Shown: one piece after another, positions 47,962 through 58,200 of the stretch
How positions within the stretch are numbered: the first letter of the stretch is position 1
How the letters are laid out: each line of letters starts with the position of its first letter
Assembly: GCA_963717505.1 (NCBI GenBank)
Contig: OY970342.1
Location: forward strand, 1,376,001-1,440,000
DNA length: 64,000 nt
Direction: 5' to 3'
Origin: Candidatus Eiseniibacteriota bacterium
GTDB lineage: Bacteria > Eisenbacteria > RBG-16-71-46
Notes under the pieces: model-generated
Seen by the model: only the letters and a program-made list of their open reading frames with translations
Databases searched by the model: none
What the model was told of the DNA's origin: nothing
Program-made: the position numbers and the translations under genes

Positions 47962-48786
47962 ATGGACCGCCACCATCTGACCCACGCCCTGTTCGGTGAA
48001 TCCCGCGTCCTGATCGGGATGCTGCACCTGGGGGCGCTGCCCGGCAGCCCCGAGCACCGGCTCGACCTCGACGCCATCGTCTCGCGCGCCGTCGAGGACG
48101 CACGCGTCTACCGCGACGCCGGCTTTCATGCGCTGATGATCGAGAACATGAACGACCGGCCCTACCTGCGCGCGGCCGCCGACCCGGCGACCACGGCGGC
48201 CATGGCGGTCACCGGCTTCGAAGTCCGTCGCGAAGTCGCCCTCCCGCTCGGCGTCCAGGTGCTGGCGGCGGCCAACCGCGAAGCGCTCGCCGTGGCGGTG
48301 GCGTGCGGGGCGAGCTTCGTGCGCGTCGAGGGTTTCGTGTTCGCGCACGTCGCAGACGAGGGCACCATCGAGGGCTGCGCCGGTGAGCTGTTGCGCTATC
48401 GCGATCTGCTCGATGCCGAGAAGGTGCGCGTGTTCGCGGACATCAAGAAGAAGCACTCCGCGCACGCGATCACCGCGGACGTGAGCATCACCGAGACCGC
48501 CCGCGCCGCCGAGTTCGCGCTCGCCGACGGCGTGATCGTCACCGGGGCGGCGACCGGCCGCGAAACCGATCCGAACGACGTGCGCTCGGTGGCCGCAGCG
48601 GTCAACGTGCCGGTGTTCGTCGGCTCGGGCGTGACGCCGGAAAACGTCGGAAAGTACCCGCACGCCGACGGCTTCATCATCGGCTCGTCGGTCAAGCGCG
48701 ACGGCCATTGGGCGAACTTGCTGGAGGCAGGTCGGGTGCGTGCGATGGCCGAGGCCTTCAAGTCGCTGGCCGCCGGGCGAACGTAG
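47962..48786 (+). CDS. BtpA/SgcQ family protein
   Basis: IGMLHLGALPGSP, IENMNDRP, ADIKKKHS, ADGVIVTG, VFVGSG. Confidence 0.9.
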   Translation: MDRHHLTHALFGESRVLIGMLHLGALPGSPEHRLDLDAIVSRAVEDARVYRDAGFHALMIENMNDRPYLRAAADPATTAAMAVTGFEVRREVALPLGVQVLAAANREALAVAVACGASFVRVEGFVFAHVADEGTIEGCAGELLRYRDLLDAEKVRVFADIKKKHSAHAITADVSITETARAAEFALADGVIVTGAATGRETDPNDVRSVAAAVNVPVFVGSGVTPENVGKYPHADGFIIGSSVKRDGHWANLLEAGRVRAMAEAFKSLAAGRT

Positions 48787-48796
48787 CGCGGCTACC

Positions 48797-49681
48797 GTGA
48801 GCACGGCTGTTCCCGACCTGGTTCTGCTCGGCAATCTGCTGGTCGACGACATCGTGCTCCGCGACGGGCGCACGCTCATGGGCGAGCCCGGGGGCGCGAT
48901 GCTCTATGCGGCGCTGGCGGCCAGAGCCTGGGGGCTGAACGTCGGGCTGGTTTCGGTGCGCGGCTCGGACTATCCGGAGTCGGCGCTCGAGGCACTGCGC
49001 GCGCGCGGCGTGGATCTCACCGGCGTGCGCTCGCTCGGCCGCCCGGGGGTGCGAACCTGGCTCCTCTATGAAGAGAGCGGCCGGCGGGTTCTCCACCATC
49101 TTGGCCGGCCGAGCCATCGAGAAGTCTCGCCGGCATTCGGCGACATTCCGAAGGCCTGGTTGGACGCACGGGCGTTTCACCTGTCGCCGATGCCGATCGA
49201 GTGCCAGCGGGAGGCTACGGCTGAGCTTGCACGCCACGCGGCCGCTGCCGCTTCACGAGGTGCGTCACGACCATTCGTATCGCTCGATCCTCACGAGTCG
49301 GTTCGCGATGACAATCTGGTCGAATGGCGGGCAGTGCTGGCTGACGTGGACGCGTTCTTCCCGAGCCAGGACGAGTTGAGGGTCGACGGCACCCGTCCCG
49401 TCGAATTGGCGCGCGTGCTGGCGGGGAACGGGCGCCTGCGATTCGTAGTGTTCAAGCGCGGGGAAAACGGTGGCATCCTGGTCGACCTCGCCGATTCGAG
49501 CGAGCGTCGGTGGACATCGTCGGCGTCGCGGATCGTGGATCCCACCGGTGCCGGCGACGCGTTTGCCGGCGGCTTCCTCGCCGGCTGGCTCGAGGGCGCG
49601 GATCTGGTCCGTGCACTTGAACAGGGATCGAAGTCGGCGGCACTGGCGGTTGCCGACTGGGGCGTTCGTGGTGTTCTGTAG
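48797..49681 (+). CDS. PfkB family carbohydrate/nucleoside kinase
   Basis: PGG, KRGENG, VDPTGAGDAFAGGF. Confidence 0.88.
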   Translation: MSTAVPDLVLLGNLLVDDIVLRDGRTLMGEPGGAMLYAALAARAWGLNVGLVSVRGSDYPESALEALRARGVDLTGVRSLGRPGVRTWLLYEESGRRVLHHLGRPSHREVSPAFGDIPKAWLDARAFHLSPMPIECQREATAELARHAAAAASRGASRPFVSLDPHESVRDDNLVEWRAVLADVDAFFPSQDELRVDGTRPVELARVLAGNGRLRFVVFKRGENGGILVDLADSSERRWTSSASRIVDPTGAGDAFAGGFLAGWLEGADLVRALEQGSKSAALAVADWGVRGVL

Positions 49682-49718
49682 AGGGATCTGAAACCGCACG
49701 ATACTCGGGAGCGTTCAC

Positions 49719-51977
49719 GTGCCCGTTCTGCCTGGCCAAGACCTCACGCACTACCGGCTCGTCGAGAAGATCGGCGCCGGGGGAATGGGAGAAGTCTGGC
49801 GCGCCGTCGACACGCGGCTCGGCCGTGAGGTCGCCGTCAAGCTCCTTCCAGATCGCTTGGCTTCAGACCCCGAAGCCGTGGCCCGTTTCGAGCGGGAGGC
49901 GAAAGCGGTGGCGGCGCTCTCGCACCCCAATATCCTCGCGCTCTACGACGTGGGACAGGTCGAAGGCAACTTCTATGTCGTGACCGAGCTTCTGCAGGGC
50001 AAGACTTTGAGGGCGTTGCTGGCCGATGGTGCGCTGGCGCCCAAGGTTGCGGTCGAATATGCAATGCAGATCGCGCAGGGTCTGTCGGCCGCGCACGCGC
50101 GCGGACTGGTGCACCGGGATCTCAAGCCCGAGAACATCTTCGTCACCCACGACGGTCACACCAAGATTCTCGACTTCGGTCTGGCCCGATTCCAGTCGGA
50201 GAGCAGCTCGAGGGGCGGAGGGGTCGACGAACTGGCCACGACCATGGCCAGCCCCACGATTGCCGGCACCCTTTTGGGCACACCTGGCTACATGTCTCCC
50301 GAGCAGGTGCGCGGTCAGGTCGCCGATCATCGCTCCGACATCTTCTCGCTGGGCGCGGTAGTCCACGAGATGCTCACCGGCCGCCGGGCGTTCAGTGGCC
50401 CATCGATCGCGGACACGCTGAGTGCGGTGCTCCATGAAGATCCGCCGCGCGTGCAAACACAATCCGGCGCCGACTCTGCTTTCGACGAACTCATCCGGAA
50501 ATGCGTGAACAAGGCGCCGGCGCAGCGATTCCAATCCGCCCGTGACGTGATCCAGGCGCTGCAGAACGTCTTCACCGGACTACCACTGGCCCCGGAAGGG
50601 CCGTCGATCGCCGTGCTCCCGTTCGTCGACATGAGCCAGGGCAAGGACCAGGACTACTTCTGCGAGGGCATGGCGGAGGAGATCCTCACCTCGCTCTCGG
50701 AGATCTCCGGTCTGCGCGTGGCCGCCCGTACGTCGACCTTTCAGTTTCGGGGAGCGAACCAGGACATCCGTAGAATTGGTCAGGCGCTCGGGGTGAACAA
50801 TGTTCTGGAAGGGAGCGTGCGCACGGCGGGCAAACGCTTGCGAGTGACTGCGCAGTTGATCAACGTCGCGAGTGGATATCAGATGTGGTCCGAGCGCTAC
50901 GACCGCGAAATGGAGGACGTCTTCGCGATCCAGGACGAGATCGCGCACTCAGTGACGCAGGCCCTGGCCATGCAGCTCGGTGCGCCCGAGGCGGGGAGCA
51001 TCACGCGTAAGCACTCCGACAACCTGGAGGCGTACCACCTCTATCTGAAGGGCCGCCACGAACGCTACACGACGCGGAATTTCAAGGCTGCACTACGGTG
51101 TTTCGAGGAGGCGAGCGAGCGCGATCCTCGTTATGCCCTGGCGCGTCTCGGGATCGCCGAGGCGAGCATCCTGCTCGCCAACACTGGCCTGATTCGTCCT
51201 CGGGTTGCGATTGCGCGCGCCGACACGGAGCTCGGGTATGCAAAGGCCCTGGCGGGGGAATCGGCCGAGGCTCTCACCGTGGAGTGCCCGATCCGGGCCT
51301 ATGAATGGGATTGGTCTCGAGCAGAGGACTTGGGAAGGCGGGCGATCGAGCTGGACCCTGATTTCATCTTCGCCCGGACCTGGCTCAGTATCGTCCTGAG
51401 CGCGCGCGGCCGGTGCCAGGAAGCCTTTGACATGGCCCGGAGCGCCGCGCCGATCGATCCCCTGTCTCCCATGGGCTGGACGATGGCGGCCTGGGCCCTC
51501 AACACGGGCCGGCGGTTCAATGAGGCGGAGGCCGCTTTGATGCCGGTGGTGGACGGAAACCCGCGCCTCACGCTCGCGCTCTGGAATCTTGGGGTCGCCT
51601 TCATGGGTCAAGGCCGTCACGCCGAGGCGCTGCCTGTTTTCGAACGCGCCTACCAAGCGGAGCCGGAGTCGACCATGTACCTGGGGATGATCGCCTGGGC
51701 GGAGGCGGCCACCGGCAGGAAGGAAAGTGCGCGCGAGCATCTCGCTGACCTGCACGAGCTGGCGAAGCATCGCCACGTTCCACGGTACCTGCTCGCATGG
51801 ACGCTCGCCGCCCTCGGGGAGACCGAGGCTGCGCTAGACGAATTCGAGCGATCGGTCGACGAGCATGAACAGTTCACCGCCTTCCCACTCTTCCCCGGCT
51901 ACGACCCGATTCGCCGAGAGCCGCGCTTCAATGCGGTCTTGGAACGCATGGGGCTCGGGTGGGCCGTCGGTCGTTGA
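49719..51977 (+). CDS. Hanks-type Ser/Thr kinase with TolB-like and TPR domains
   Basis: GAGGMGEV, VAVK, HRDLKPEN, DFG, YMSPEQ; SIAVLPF; TPRs. Confidence 0.93.
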   Translation: MPVLPGQDLTHYRLVEKIGAGGMGEVWRAVDTRLGREVAVKLLPDRLASDPEAVARFEREAKAVAALSHPNILALYDVGQVEGNFYVVTELLQGKTLRALLADGALAPKVAVEYAMQIAQGLSAAHARGLVHRDLKPENIFVTHDGHTKILDFGLARFQSESSSRGGGVDELATTMASPTIAGTLLGTPGYMSPEQVRGQVADHRSDIFSLGAVVHEMLTGRRAFSGPSIADTLSAVLHEDPPRVQTQSGADSAFDELIRKCVNKAPAQRFQSARDVIQALQNVFTGLPLAPEGPSIAVLPFVDMSQGKDQDYFCEGMAEEILTSLSEISGLRVAARTSTFQFRGANQDIRRIGQALGVNNVLEGSVRTAGKRLRVTAQLINVASGYQMWSERYDREMEDVFAIQDEIAHSVTQALAMQLGAPEAGSITRKHSDNLEAYHLYLKGRHERYTTRNFKAALRCFEEASERDPRYALARLGIAEASILLANTGLIRPRVAIARADTELGYAKALAGESAEALTVECPIRAYEWDWSRAEDLGRRAIELDPDFIFARTWLSIVLSARGRCQEAFDMARSAAPIDPLSPMGWTMAAWALNTGRRFNEAEAALMPVVDGNPRLTLALWNLGVAFMGQGRHAEALPVFERAYQAEPESTMYLGMIAWAEAATGRKESAREHLADLHELAKHRHVPRYLLAWTLAALGETEAALDEFERSVDEHEQFTAFPLFPGYDPIRREPRFNAVLERMGLGWAVGR

Positions 51978-52036
51978 GGTCTAGGAAGCAGGGACGGGTC
52001 ATGAACAAATCGAGCGCATCGAGAAGGTGAGGCCAC

Positions 52037-52414
52037 GTGTACGAGCATCGAAGTTCCCCGCTCCTGTCCCAAACCGAGTTCCTTCAACGCCTCGCCATTC
52101 ACGCTGGAGCCGGGCTGGTCGTCGTCCTCGGGTCGCTGACGATCGGCATCCTCGGGTATCGGGGTTTCGAGCACATGACGTGGCTGGATGCCCTGCTCAA
52201 CGCCTCGATGATCCTCGGGGGAATGGGTCCGGTCACCGAGCTGCACACCTCGGGGGGTAAGCTCTTCGCATCCGTCTATGCTCTGTATTCTGGGTTCGTG
52301 GTCCTGGTGGTGGCCGGGCTCTTGTTCGTGCCCGTGGCCCATCGAATTCTCCACCGATTCCACCTGGAAATGGACGATGCGTCGAGCCAGGACACGAAGC
52401 GCCGGCCCCGCTAG
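52037..52414 (+). CDS. Small membrane protein with K+-channel-like 2TM-pore architecture
   Basis: TM, WLDALLNASMILGGMGP, GKLFASVYAL, TM; no GYG filter. Confidence 0.6.
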   Translation: MYEHRSSPLLSQTEFLQRLAIHAGAGLVVVLGSLTIGILGYRGFEHMTWLDALLNASMILGGMGPVTELHTSGGKLFASVYALYSGFVVLVVAGLLFVPVAHRILHRFHLEMDDASSQDTKRRPR

Positions 52415-52420
52415 AGGTGT

Positions 52421-53371
52421 TTGGTGAACAGCGACACGCTGGATCCGAACACAGAGTACAACCGTCCACTCTGGGCGAAACGAACCTTCGCGTTCGTTCA
52501 CCCGCCTTGGATGCTGAACGACTTCGTGGAACGACTCCGTGGCCTGATTCCGCGCCTGCTGCCGTTGATCGAAGGGCTCGACGACGAAGCCGCGCGCCGG
52601 CAGCTGGACGGCACGTGGTCGATCGCGCAGAACGTCGGACATTTGGCCGACGTCGAGGAACTGTGGCAGGAGCGCCTGGAGGATCTGCGGCTCGGCCGTG
52701 AGAACTACACACCGGCCGATCCCGCCCGATTCCAGGCCGCGGCACTGCGCCACCAGGACCGACCTCTGTCCTCGACCGTCACCGAGCTTGCCGAGCGACG
52801 GTTGCGGCTGGTCGAGGCGCTCGGTAACGCCCCGGAAGCCCTGCGGCGCGCGCGCGCATTTCACCAGCGTCTTCAGTGCCCGATGAGGCTGGTCGACTGC
52901 GCCCAATTCTACGCCGAGCACGACGACCATCACCTGATCCGCATTCGCACCCTGCGTGCCGCGGTTCGCGCTCCCGAAGCCACGACCCGGATGGAACTCG
53001 CGGTTCCCATCCTGCGCGTCCAGGACCTCGAAGCCAGCGTCGACCACTACGTCCGCGTGCTGGGTTTCACGCTCGATTGGAGCCACGAGGCGGTCATGGC
53101 CTCGGTCTCGCGCGACCGTGTCTCGCTCATGTTGTGCGCGGGCGACCAGGGGAACCCCGGAACCTGGGTCTGGATCGGGGTCGAGGACGCGCAGGCGTTG
53201 CACGAAGAGCTTCGCGCCAAGGGAGCGACCATCCGACTGCCGCCGACCAACTACTCGTGGGCGTACGAGATGCACGTCGAGGATCCCGACGGCCACGTCT
53301 TGCGAATGGGCTCGGGGCCGCGCAACGACCTCGACCTCTCGGAATGGGTCGTCTGGTATCGCGACCCATAG
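52421..53371 (+). CDS. DinB/DUF664-like domain fused to a VOC (bleomycin-resistance-like) domain
   Basis: WSIAQNVGHL and EHDDHHL, followed by PILRVQDL...YEMHVEDPDGHVL. Confidence 0.75.
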   Translation: MVNSDTLDPNTEYNRPLWAKRTFAFVHPPWMLNDFVERLRGLIPRLLPLIEGLDDEAARRQLDGTWSIAQNVGHLADVEELWQERLEDLRLGRENYTPADPARFQAAALRHQDRPLSSTVTELAERRLRLVEALGNAPEALRRARAFHQRLQCPMRLVDCAQFYAEHDDHHLIRIRTLRAAVRAPEATTRMELAVPILRVQDLEASVDHYVRVLGFTLDWSHEAVMASVSRDRVSLMLCAGDQGNPGTWVWIGVEDAQALHEELRAKGATIRLPPTNYSWAYEMHVEDPDGHVLRMGSGPRNDLDLSEWVVWYRDP

Positions 53372-53407
53372 TGGTCGCCGGCGAGGTCACCCGCAAAGGA
53401 GGGGCAG

Positions 53408-53518
53408 ATGATGCCGCATTGGAAGCCGCTGGTGCAGTGGAAGGCGACCTCGGTGTACCGCCGGCTCGAGGGGGAGTGGCGCATCGTGCACGCGCACTGG
53501 TCCAAGGTGAAGGCCTAG
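53408..53518 (+). pseudogene. 36-aa ORF resembling the C-terminal end of an NTF2/SnoaL (DUF4440-like) protein
   Basis: MMPHWKPLVQWKATSVYRRLEGEWRIVHAHWSKVKA, with AAAGGAGG upstream. Confidence 0.5.
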
Positions 53519-53549
53519 TGCTCGCCACCTTCGGGAGGGACTCGTAGCC

Positions 53550-54059
53550 GTGCAGGTCCGAGTCCTGAGTTCGACCGACGCCGAGATATTTCAGGCACTA
53601 CGCCTCGAGGCCCTGCGCCAAGAGCCTTCGGCATTCGCCTCGAGCTATGAGGAAGAGTGCGACACGCCGATCGCGACGGTGGCCGAGCGCCTGGCCTCCT
53701 CGCCCGATCGCTGCGTCCTGGGCGCCTTCGACGGGGAAACGCTCGTCGGCATGGTCGGACTCGAACGCGAAAGCATGCGCAAGCTCGCGCACAAGGCGTG
53801 GATCTGGGGCATGTACGTGACGCCGGCGGCGCGCCAGCGCGGCATAGGGCGCCATCTCATGAGCGAGGCGCTCCGCTACGCGAGCGACACATTGAGCGTC
53901 CAGCGCGTCAATCTCGGGGTCAATGCCGCGAACGTCGCCGCGGTCGCCCTCTATCGGGCTTTGGACTTCGAAACCTACGGCCTGGAACGCGCGTTTCTGC
54001 TGCTCGACCGCGAGCTGCACAACGAATTCCTGATGGTGCGGGTGCTCTCGAAGCGCTGA
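53550..54059 (+). CDS. GNAT N-acetyltransferase
   Basis: LRLEAL..PSAF, GMYVTPAARQRGIG, N..AVALY. Confidence 0.9.
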   Translation: MQVRVLSSTDAEIFQALRLEALRQEPSAFASSYEEECDTPIATVAERLASSPDRCVLGAFDGETLVGMVGLERESMRKLAHKAWIWGMYVTPAARQRGIGRHLMSEALRYASDTLSVQRVNLGVNAANVAAVALYRALDFETYGLERAFLLLDRELHNEFLMVRVLSKR

Positions 54060-54091
54060 TGGATCCTGATGCGCACCGATCCCTATCGCGG

Positions 54092-56404
54092 TCAAGTCCC
54101 CGGGGTGGCGCGCGCGCGGCTCCGGCGCTGATAGCCCCACGATATGGCAAGCATCGCCGCGCCCGCCGCGATCGCGGTGAGAAAACGCCAGAATGGATCT
54201 GCGCTGGCGAGGTCGTGCAGCACGAACTTGGCAGCGGTCAGGCCGACGAGCGCGAGCCCCATCCAACGCAAGAACGCCGAGGCACGCCACCATCCGGCAG
54301 TCATGGTGACCAACGCCTGAAGGAGCCAGCCCACGCTGGTGAAGACGGAAGCCAAAGCCACGCGTCGTTGCAGCGCATCCTGCGCGACCTCGATCGAGTG
54401 GCGGGCCCCGGGTCCGGGAAGCCCGAGGAGCACGCGGGCGACGTGGTCCGCCTCGCGAGCGGTCCACGCCATCAGGACGATGGCCGCAGCGGCGCCCCAA
54501 AACTCGGGAGCGCGGCGGTCGAAGTCCGACAACGATTCACGCTTGACGGCGAGATACCCTCCAATGGCGACGATGACCGCTACCGCGGCGAAATGCAGTA
54601 CGCCCGCCGCATGCAGGACCGGCAGCCAGTCCCGGCCCCATGGATCATCGAGCGCCATCAGTGCGACCAGTGACGCGATGGCCAGCATGGCAAGCAGGAT
54701 GGTGGCCGCCAATCGGAGGGCAAAACGGCGGGCTCTTGTTCCCGCCCATGCGAGCCAGCCCGCCTGGAGCGCCCAGGCCAGCGCCAAGATCGCATTCGCG
54801 AGTGCTGTCGAACGAACGTTGCCGCCCGGTCCCTGTAGACTGGGCAATCGACGCCACACCCCACCGGCACCCTCGAACGCGTAAGCCACGCTCCAGGCCT
54901 CGCGCGCCAGCCAAAGCGCCAACAGCCAATGCCCGCTGAGGACCGCGATTTCAGGAAGAGAGCGCTCGGCGTGGGTCAGCGCCCCTCGGTTGCGGCCGAG
55001 CACGAACCCCACTGCCAGCACTGTCACCATGATGACTAGCGTGTAAACCGAAAGCGGGGACAGGGGGGGTGCCGCACGGGGTAGGGCTTCGACCGTCTGG
55101 ACGAATGCCCACATCGCCCCGAGGGTCAGCATCACGCCGCCGCAAACGCGGAGCCAGCCGCCGCGGGGTGTCACCCCCAGCCACATGAGCAAAGCGCCCT
55201 CGAGCGTCCACGCCATCGGCGTCATCTCGTGGCCGAGCGCCCGCTGCAGCGCTGCCGCCAGGAAGAGCGATGCGGCGCCGGTGAGCGGGCGCCAAAGGTC
55301 CCGCTCGGAGCGGCGCGCGTCCACCCACGCTGCCGCCAAGCCATAGAGCACCGCAAGCCCGAAGAAAAAGAGGGCCGCGTGGCGCGGGTTGGAATGGACG
55401 AGCATCGGCCACGCGGCGCCGATCAACGCCAGCGGCGCCACGGCGATCACGGCAAGATCGGCCGATCGCACGCGGTCGCCGGTGCGCACCAGCCCGGGCA
55501 GCGGCGCGAGCCCGAACGCCGAGAACAGGGTGGCGAGTCCGAGCGTGATTCCCCACCCCCAGTCGCCGCGCGGGAACGCTCCCGCCCACACGACTGCGGC
55601 AAGCACTAGGGCCGTGAGGTTGATGCCGCTCCAACCAGGCCGGGCTGCCGCAACGAAGACCAATGCGCTTACGGCTCCGATCCACCCGAGCAACGCCGCC
55701 GGAGCGAGCGAGAAACCCCGTAGCGGCAGGATTCCGGCGAGCAACTGCGGCAGGTAGGCCCCGATCACGCCCAGGGCCGCAATACTCTGCACGCGGTAGC
55801 GAAGGCCGGCGCCCGCCGCCAGCGCCGATGTTGCCAGCAGGGCGGCCATCGCGGCCGGCGCCGGGAGCACGCGCAAGGTGAAATGGCCGAGGTAGAGCGT
55901 TACGTAAGCTACGCCGAAGCCGACACCGATGAAGGCGTGGCCGAGCCCCGGCACGGATGCCCTCAGTCTGTCGCCACGCCACACGAGGACGCCTCCGATG
56001 AGGACACCCGAGGCGACGAGCACACCCGGGCCGAACCGCCCAGTGGTCCAGCCCCATAGAATGAGAAAGAACACACCGATGAGGAGCAGCACACCGCCGA
56101 GATTTTGGAGCCAAACGCCGCCGATCAGTTCCTCGAGGCGGCTCATGTCCAGACGACGGGGTGTCTGCGCCGCCTTCGGCAGGGGGGGCATGCTCGCCCA
56201 CGCTGCGGCTGCAGCTGACGGCATGGCCGCAATCGACTCCGGCGTGGGGGCAGGTGACGGTGTCTGCTCGAAGATCGCCGCCTGCGTAGGGTGTGCTGCC
56301 TGCTCGAGGCGCTCCACTCGGGAGCGCAGCTCGCGAAGCTCGTGCCTGAGGCGCCGCCAGTAAAGGAAGGCGATCAGGACGAATAGGCCTAACAAGCCAA
56401 GCAT
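54092..56404 (-). CDS. DUF2339-like large membrane protein
   Basis: LEELIGGVWL..LGGVLLLIGVFFL; more than 20 hydrophobic segments; C-terminal KFVLHDL. Confidence 0.8.
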   Translation of the reverse strand: MLGLLGLFVLIAFLYWRRLRHELRELRSRVERLEQAAHPTQAAIFEQTPSPAPTPESIAAMPSAAAAAWASMPPLPKAAQTPRRLDMSRLEELIGGVWLQNLGGVLLLIGVFFLILWGWTTGRFGPGVLVASGVLIGGVLVWRGDRLRASVPGLGHAFIGVGFGVAYVTLYLGHFTLRVLPAPAAMAALLATSALAAGAGLRYRVQSIAALGVIGAYLPQLLAGILPLRGFSLAPAALLGWIGAVSALVFVAAARPGWSGINLTALVLAAVVWAGAFPRGDWGWGITLGLATLFSAFGLAPLPGLVRTGDRVRSADLAVIAVAPLALIGAAWPMLVHSNPRHAALFFFGLAVLYGLAAAWVDARRSERDLWRPLTGAASLFLAAALQRALGHEMTPMAWTLEGALLMWLGVTPRGGWLRVCGGVMLTLGAMWAFVQTVEALPRAAPPLSPLSVYTLVIMVTVLAVGFVLGRNRGALTHAERSLPEIAVLSGHWLLALWLAREAWSVAYAFEGAGGVWRRLPSLQGPGGNVRSTALANAILALAWALQAGWLAWAGTRARRFALRLAATILLAMLAIASLVALMALDDPWGRDWLPVLHAAGVLHFAAVAVIVAIGGYLAVKRESLSDFDRRAPEFWGAAAAIVLMAWTAREADHVARVLLGLPGPGARHSIEVAQDALQRRVALASVFTSVGWLLQALVTMTAGWWRASAFLRWMGLALVGLTAAKFVLHDLASADPFWRFLTAIAAGAAMLAISWGYQRRSRARATPGT

Positions 56405-56422
56405 CCGGATCCCCCCGTTTCG

Positions 56423-57163
56423 CTATCTCCGAAACAAATAGAGCGCGAACCCCAGCGTCTGCCGCCCCCAGCGGAAGTACGCGTCCTGCCAGCGCGCGAT
56501 GCGCTCGCGCATCTCGGCCGCGTCGGGATCGTCCGGATGCTCGCGCACGTAGCGCTCGACCGCGCGGGCGTACATCCCTTCGTAGAGATCCCAGTCCTCC
56601 TCGGTGCTGACAATGGTTTCGACCAGAACCAGCTCTTCTTCCACTGCGATTGCCAGGTTGCCCTGGTGGTCGGTCAGCTCGTCGGGCGTCCCACCAATGA
56701 CCGCGAGGTACTCGGCCGCCGGCGGCTGGCGCCAGAATCCCTCGCCGACCAACAGCGAACCACCGGGGCGCACCAGACCCTTGAGCGCTGCGAGCGTCTG
56801 CCGGTATCCGCCGTGCGCGTGCGTCGACGCCACACAGGTGGCGGCATCGAACGAGTGCGGTGTCGCGACGAATCGCGTGGCGTCCAGCTCGTGAAACTCG
56901 AGCGAAGCTCCCCGAGCCCGGCTGTGCGCTGCCGCGCGTGCTTCGGCGAGAAACACGGGGTTCAAATCGACGCCGACGCCGGCGATCCGGTAGCGCTCGG
57001 CCATGCGCACCAGCAGCGCCCCTTTGCCGCAGCCGACGTCGAGCACCCGAGCGCCTGCCGGCAGCGTCATGGCCGCCAGCAGCCGGTCGAGGTTCGCGGG
57101 GTCGATCGGGCTACAGAACGAGTGGTCGCGGTGGGCGATGGTGGAATACCTTGTCCGGTCCAT
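56423..57163 (-). CDS. Class I SAM-dependent methyltransferase
   Basis: RVLDVGCGKG, GVDL, VRPGG.LLVGEGFW, LGFALY. Confidence 0.88.
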   Translation of the reverse strand: MDRTRYSTIAHRDHSFCSPIDPANLDRLLAAMTLPAGARVLDVGCGKGALLVRMAERYRIAGVGVDLNPVFLAEARAAAHSRARGASLEFHELDATRFVATPHSFDAATCVASTHAHGGYRQTLAALKGLVRPGGSLLVGEGFWRQPPAAEYLAVIGGTPDELTDHQGNLAIAVEEELVLVETIVSTEEDWDLYEGMYARAVERYVREHPDDPDAAEMRERIARWQDAYFRWGRQTLGFALYLFRR

Positions 57164-58070
57164 GGCGGATCACGTTCTCATCTCGGAATCAGTTGCGGAA
57201 GCCCTCGCGGCGGGGCGCGCGGTGGTGGCCCTCGAGACCACGGTCGTGACCCACGGCCTGCCGCGCGCCGAAGGTCTGGCGGCGGCGGCGGAACTCGAAG
57301 CCGCGGTGCGTGAAGCCGGTGCCGAGCCGGCGACCATCGGCGTGCTCGCCGGCGCCGTCCGCGTCGGCATGTCGCACAACGATTTGGACCGGCTCGCCAC
57401 CAGCAACCCAGCGAAACTCAACCCGAGCAACCTCGCCGCGCACGTGGCGGCCGGCGCCAGCGGCTCGACCACCGTCGCGGCGACCATGCAGGTCGCCGCC
57501 CGTGTCGGAATTCAGGTGTTCGCGACCGGCGGCATCGGCGGTGTTCATCGCGGCGCTGCTGAAACCGGCGACGTGTCGGCGGACCTCGCCGCACTCGCGC
57601 GCATTCCGGTTGCGGTCGTGTGCGCCGGCGCCAAGGCGATCCTCGATCTCGAAAAGACCGTCGAAGCGCTGGAAACACTGGGCGTACCGGTGCTCGGCCT
57701 GGGCACGGACCACTTCCCGGCGTTCTACCGGCGCTCGAGCGGGCTCCCGGTCGACCGGCGCTTCGACGACGTCGCCACGATCGCCGCCGCGGTGCGCGCC
57801 CACTGGAAGCTCGGGATGTCGACCGGGGTGGTAGTCGCGAATCCGATTCCCATCGAGCACGAGATGCCTCGCGAGACGTATGAGCAAGCGCTGGCCACGG
57901 CCCTGGCCGACGCCACCGCGCGGGACGTGCGAGGCCGCGCGGTGACGCCGTTCCTGCTCGATCGCGTTCGCGAACTGACCGAGGGCCGGAGCGTGTTCTC
58001 GAACCGCGCACTGCTGCGCCACAACGCACGGGTCGCGGGTCAACTGGCGGCCGAGCTGGCGCTCGGGTAA
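57162..58070 (+). CDS. psuG: Pseudouridine-5'-phosphate glycosidase
   Basis: VVALETTVVTHGLP, GSTTVAAT, FATGGIGGVHRG, DVSADL, GAKAILD, VTPFLL. Confidence 0.93.
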   Translation: MADHVLISESVAEALAAGRAVVALETTVVTHGLPRAEGLAAAAELEAAVREAGAEPATIGVLAGAVRVGMSHNDLDRLATSNPAKLNPSNLAAHVAAGASGSTTVAATMQVAARVGIQVFATGGIGGVHRGAAETGDVSADLAALARIPVAVVCAGAKAILDLEKTVEALETLGVPVLGLGTDHFPAFYRRSSGLPVDRRFDDVATIAAAVRAHWKLGMSTGVVVANPIPIEHEMPRETYEQALATALADATARDVRGRAVTPFLLDRVRELTEGRSVFSNRALLRHNARVAGQLAAELALG

Positions 58071-58200
58071 GTGGGGGCTGGGCAACCGAGGAGCCAGCAC
58101 GCCGCCACTCCCAATACCGCTCGCCGGCGGTAAAGTTGGCGGGCATCTCTTGACCGGCGGGTCACATCATGAAGCTCAATCGCGATAGAGTCCCTGGACC

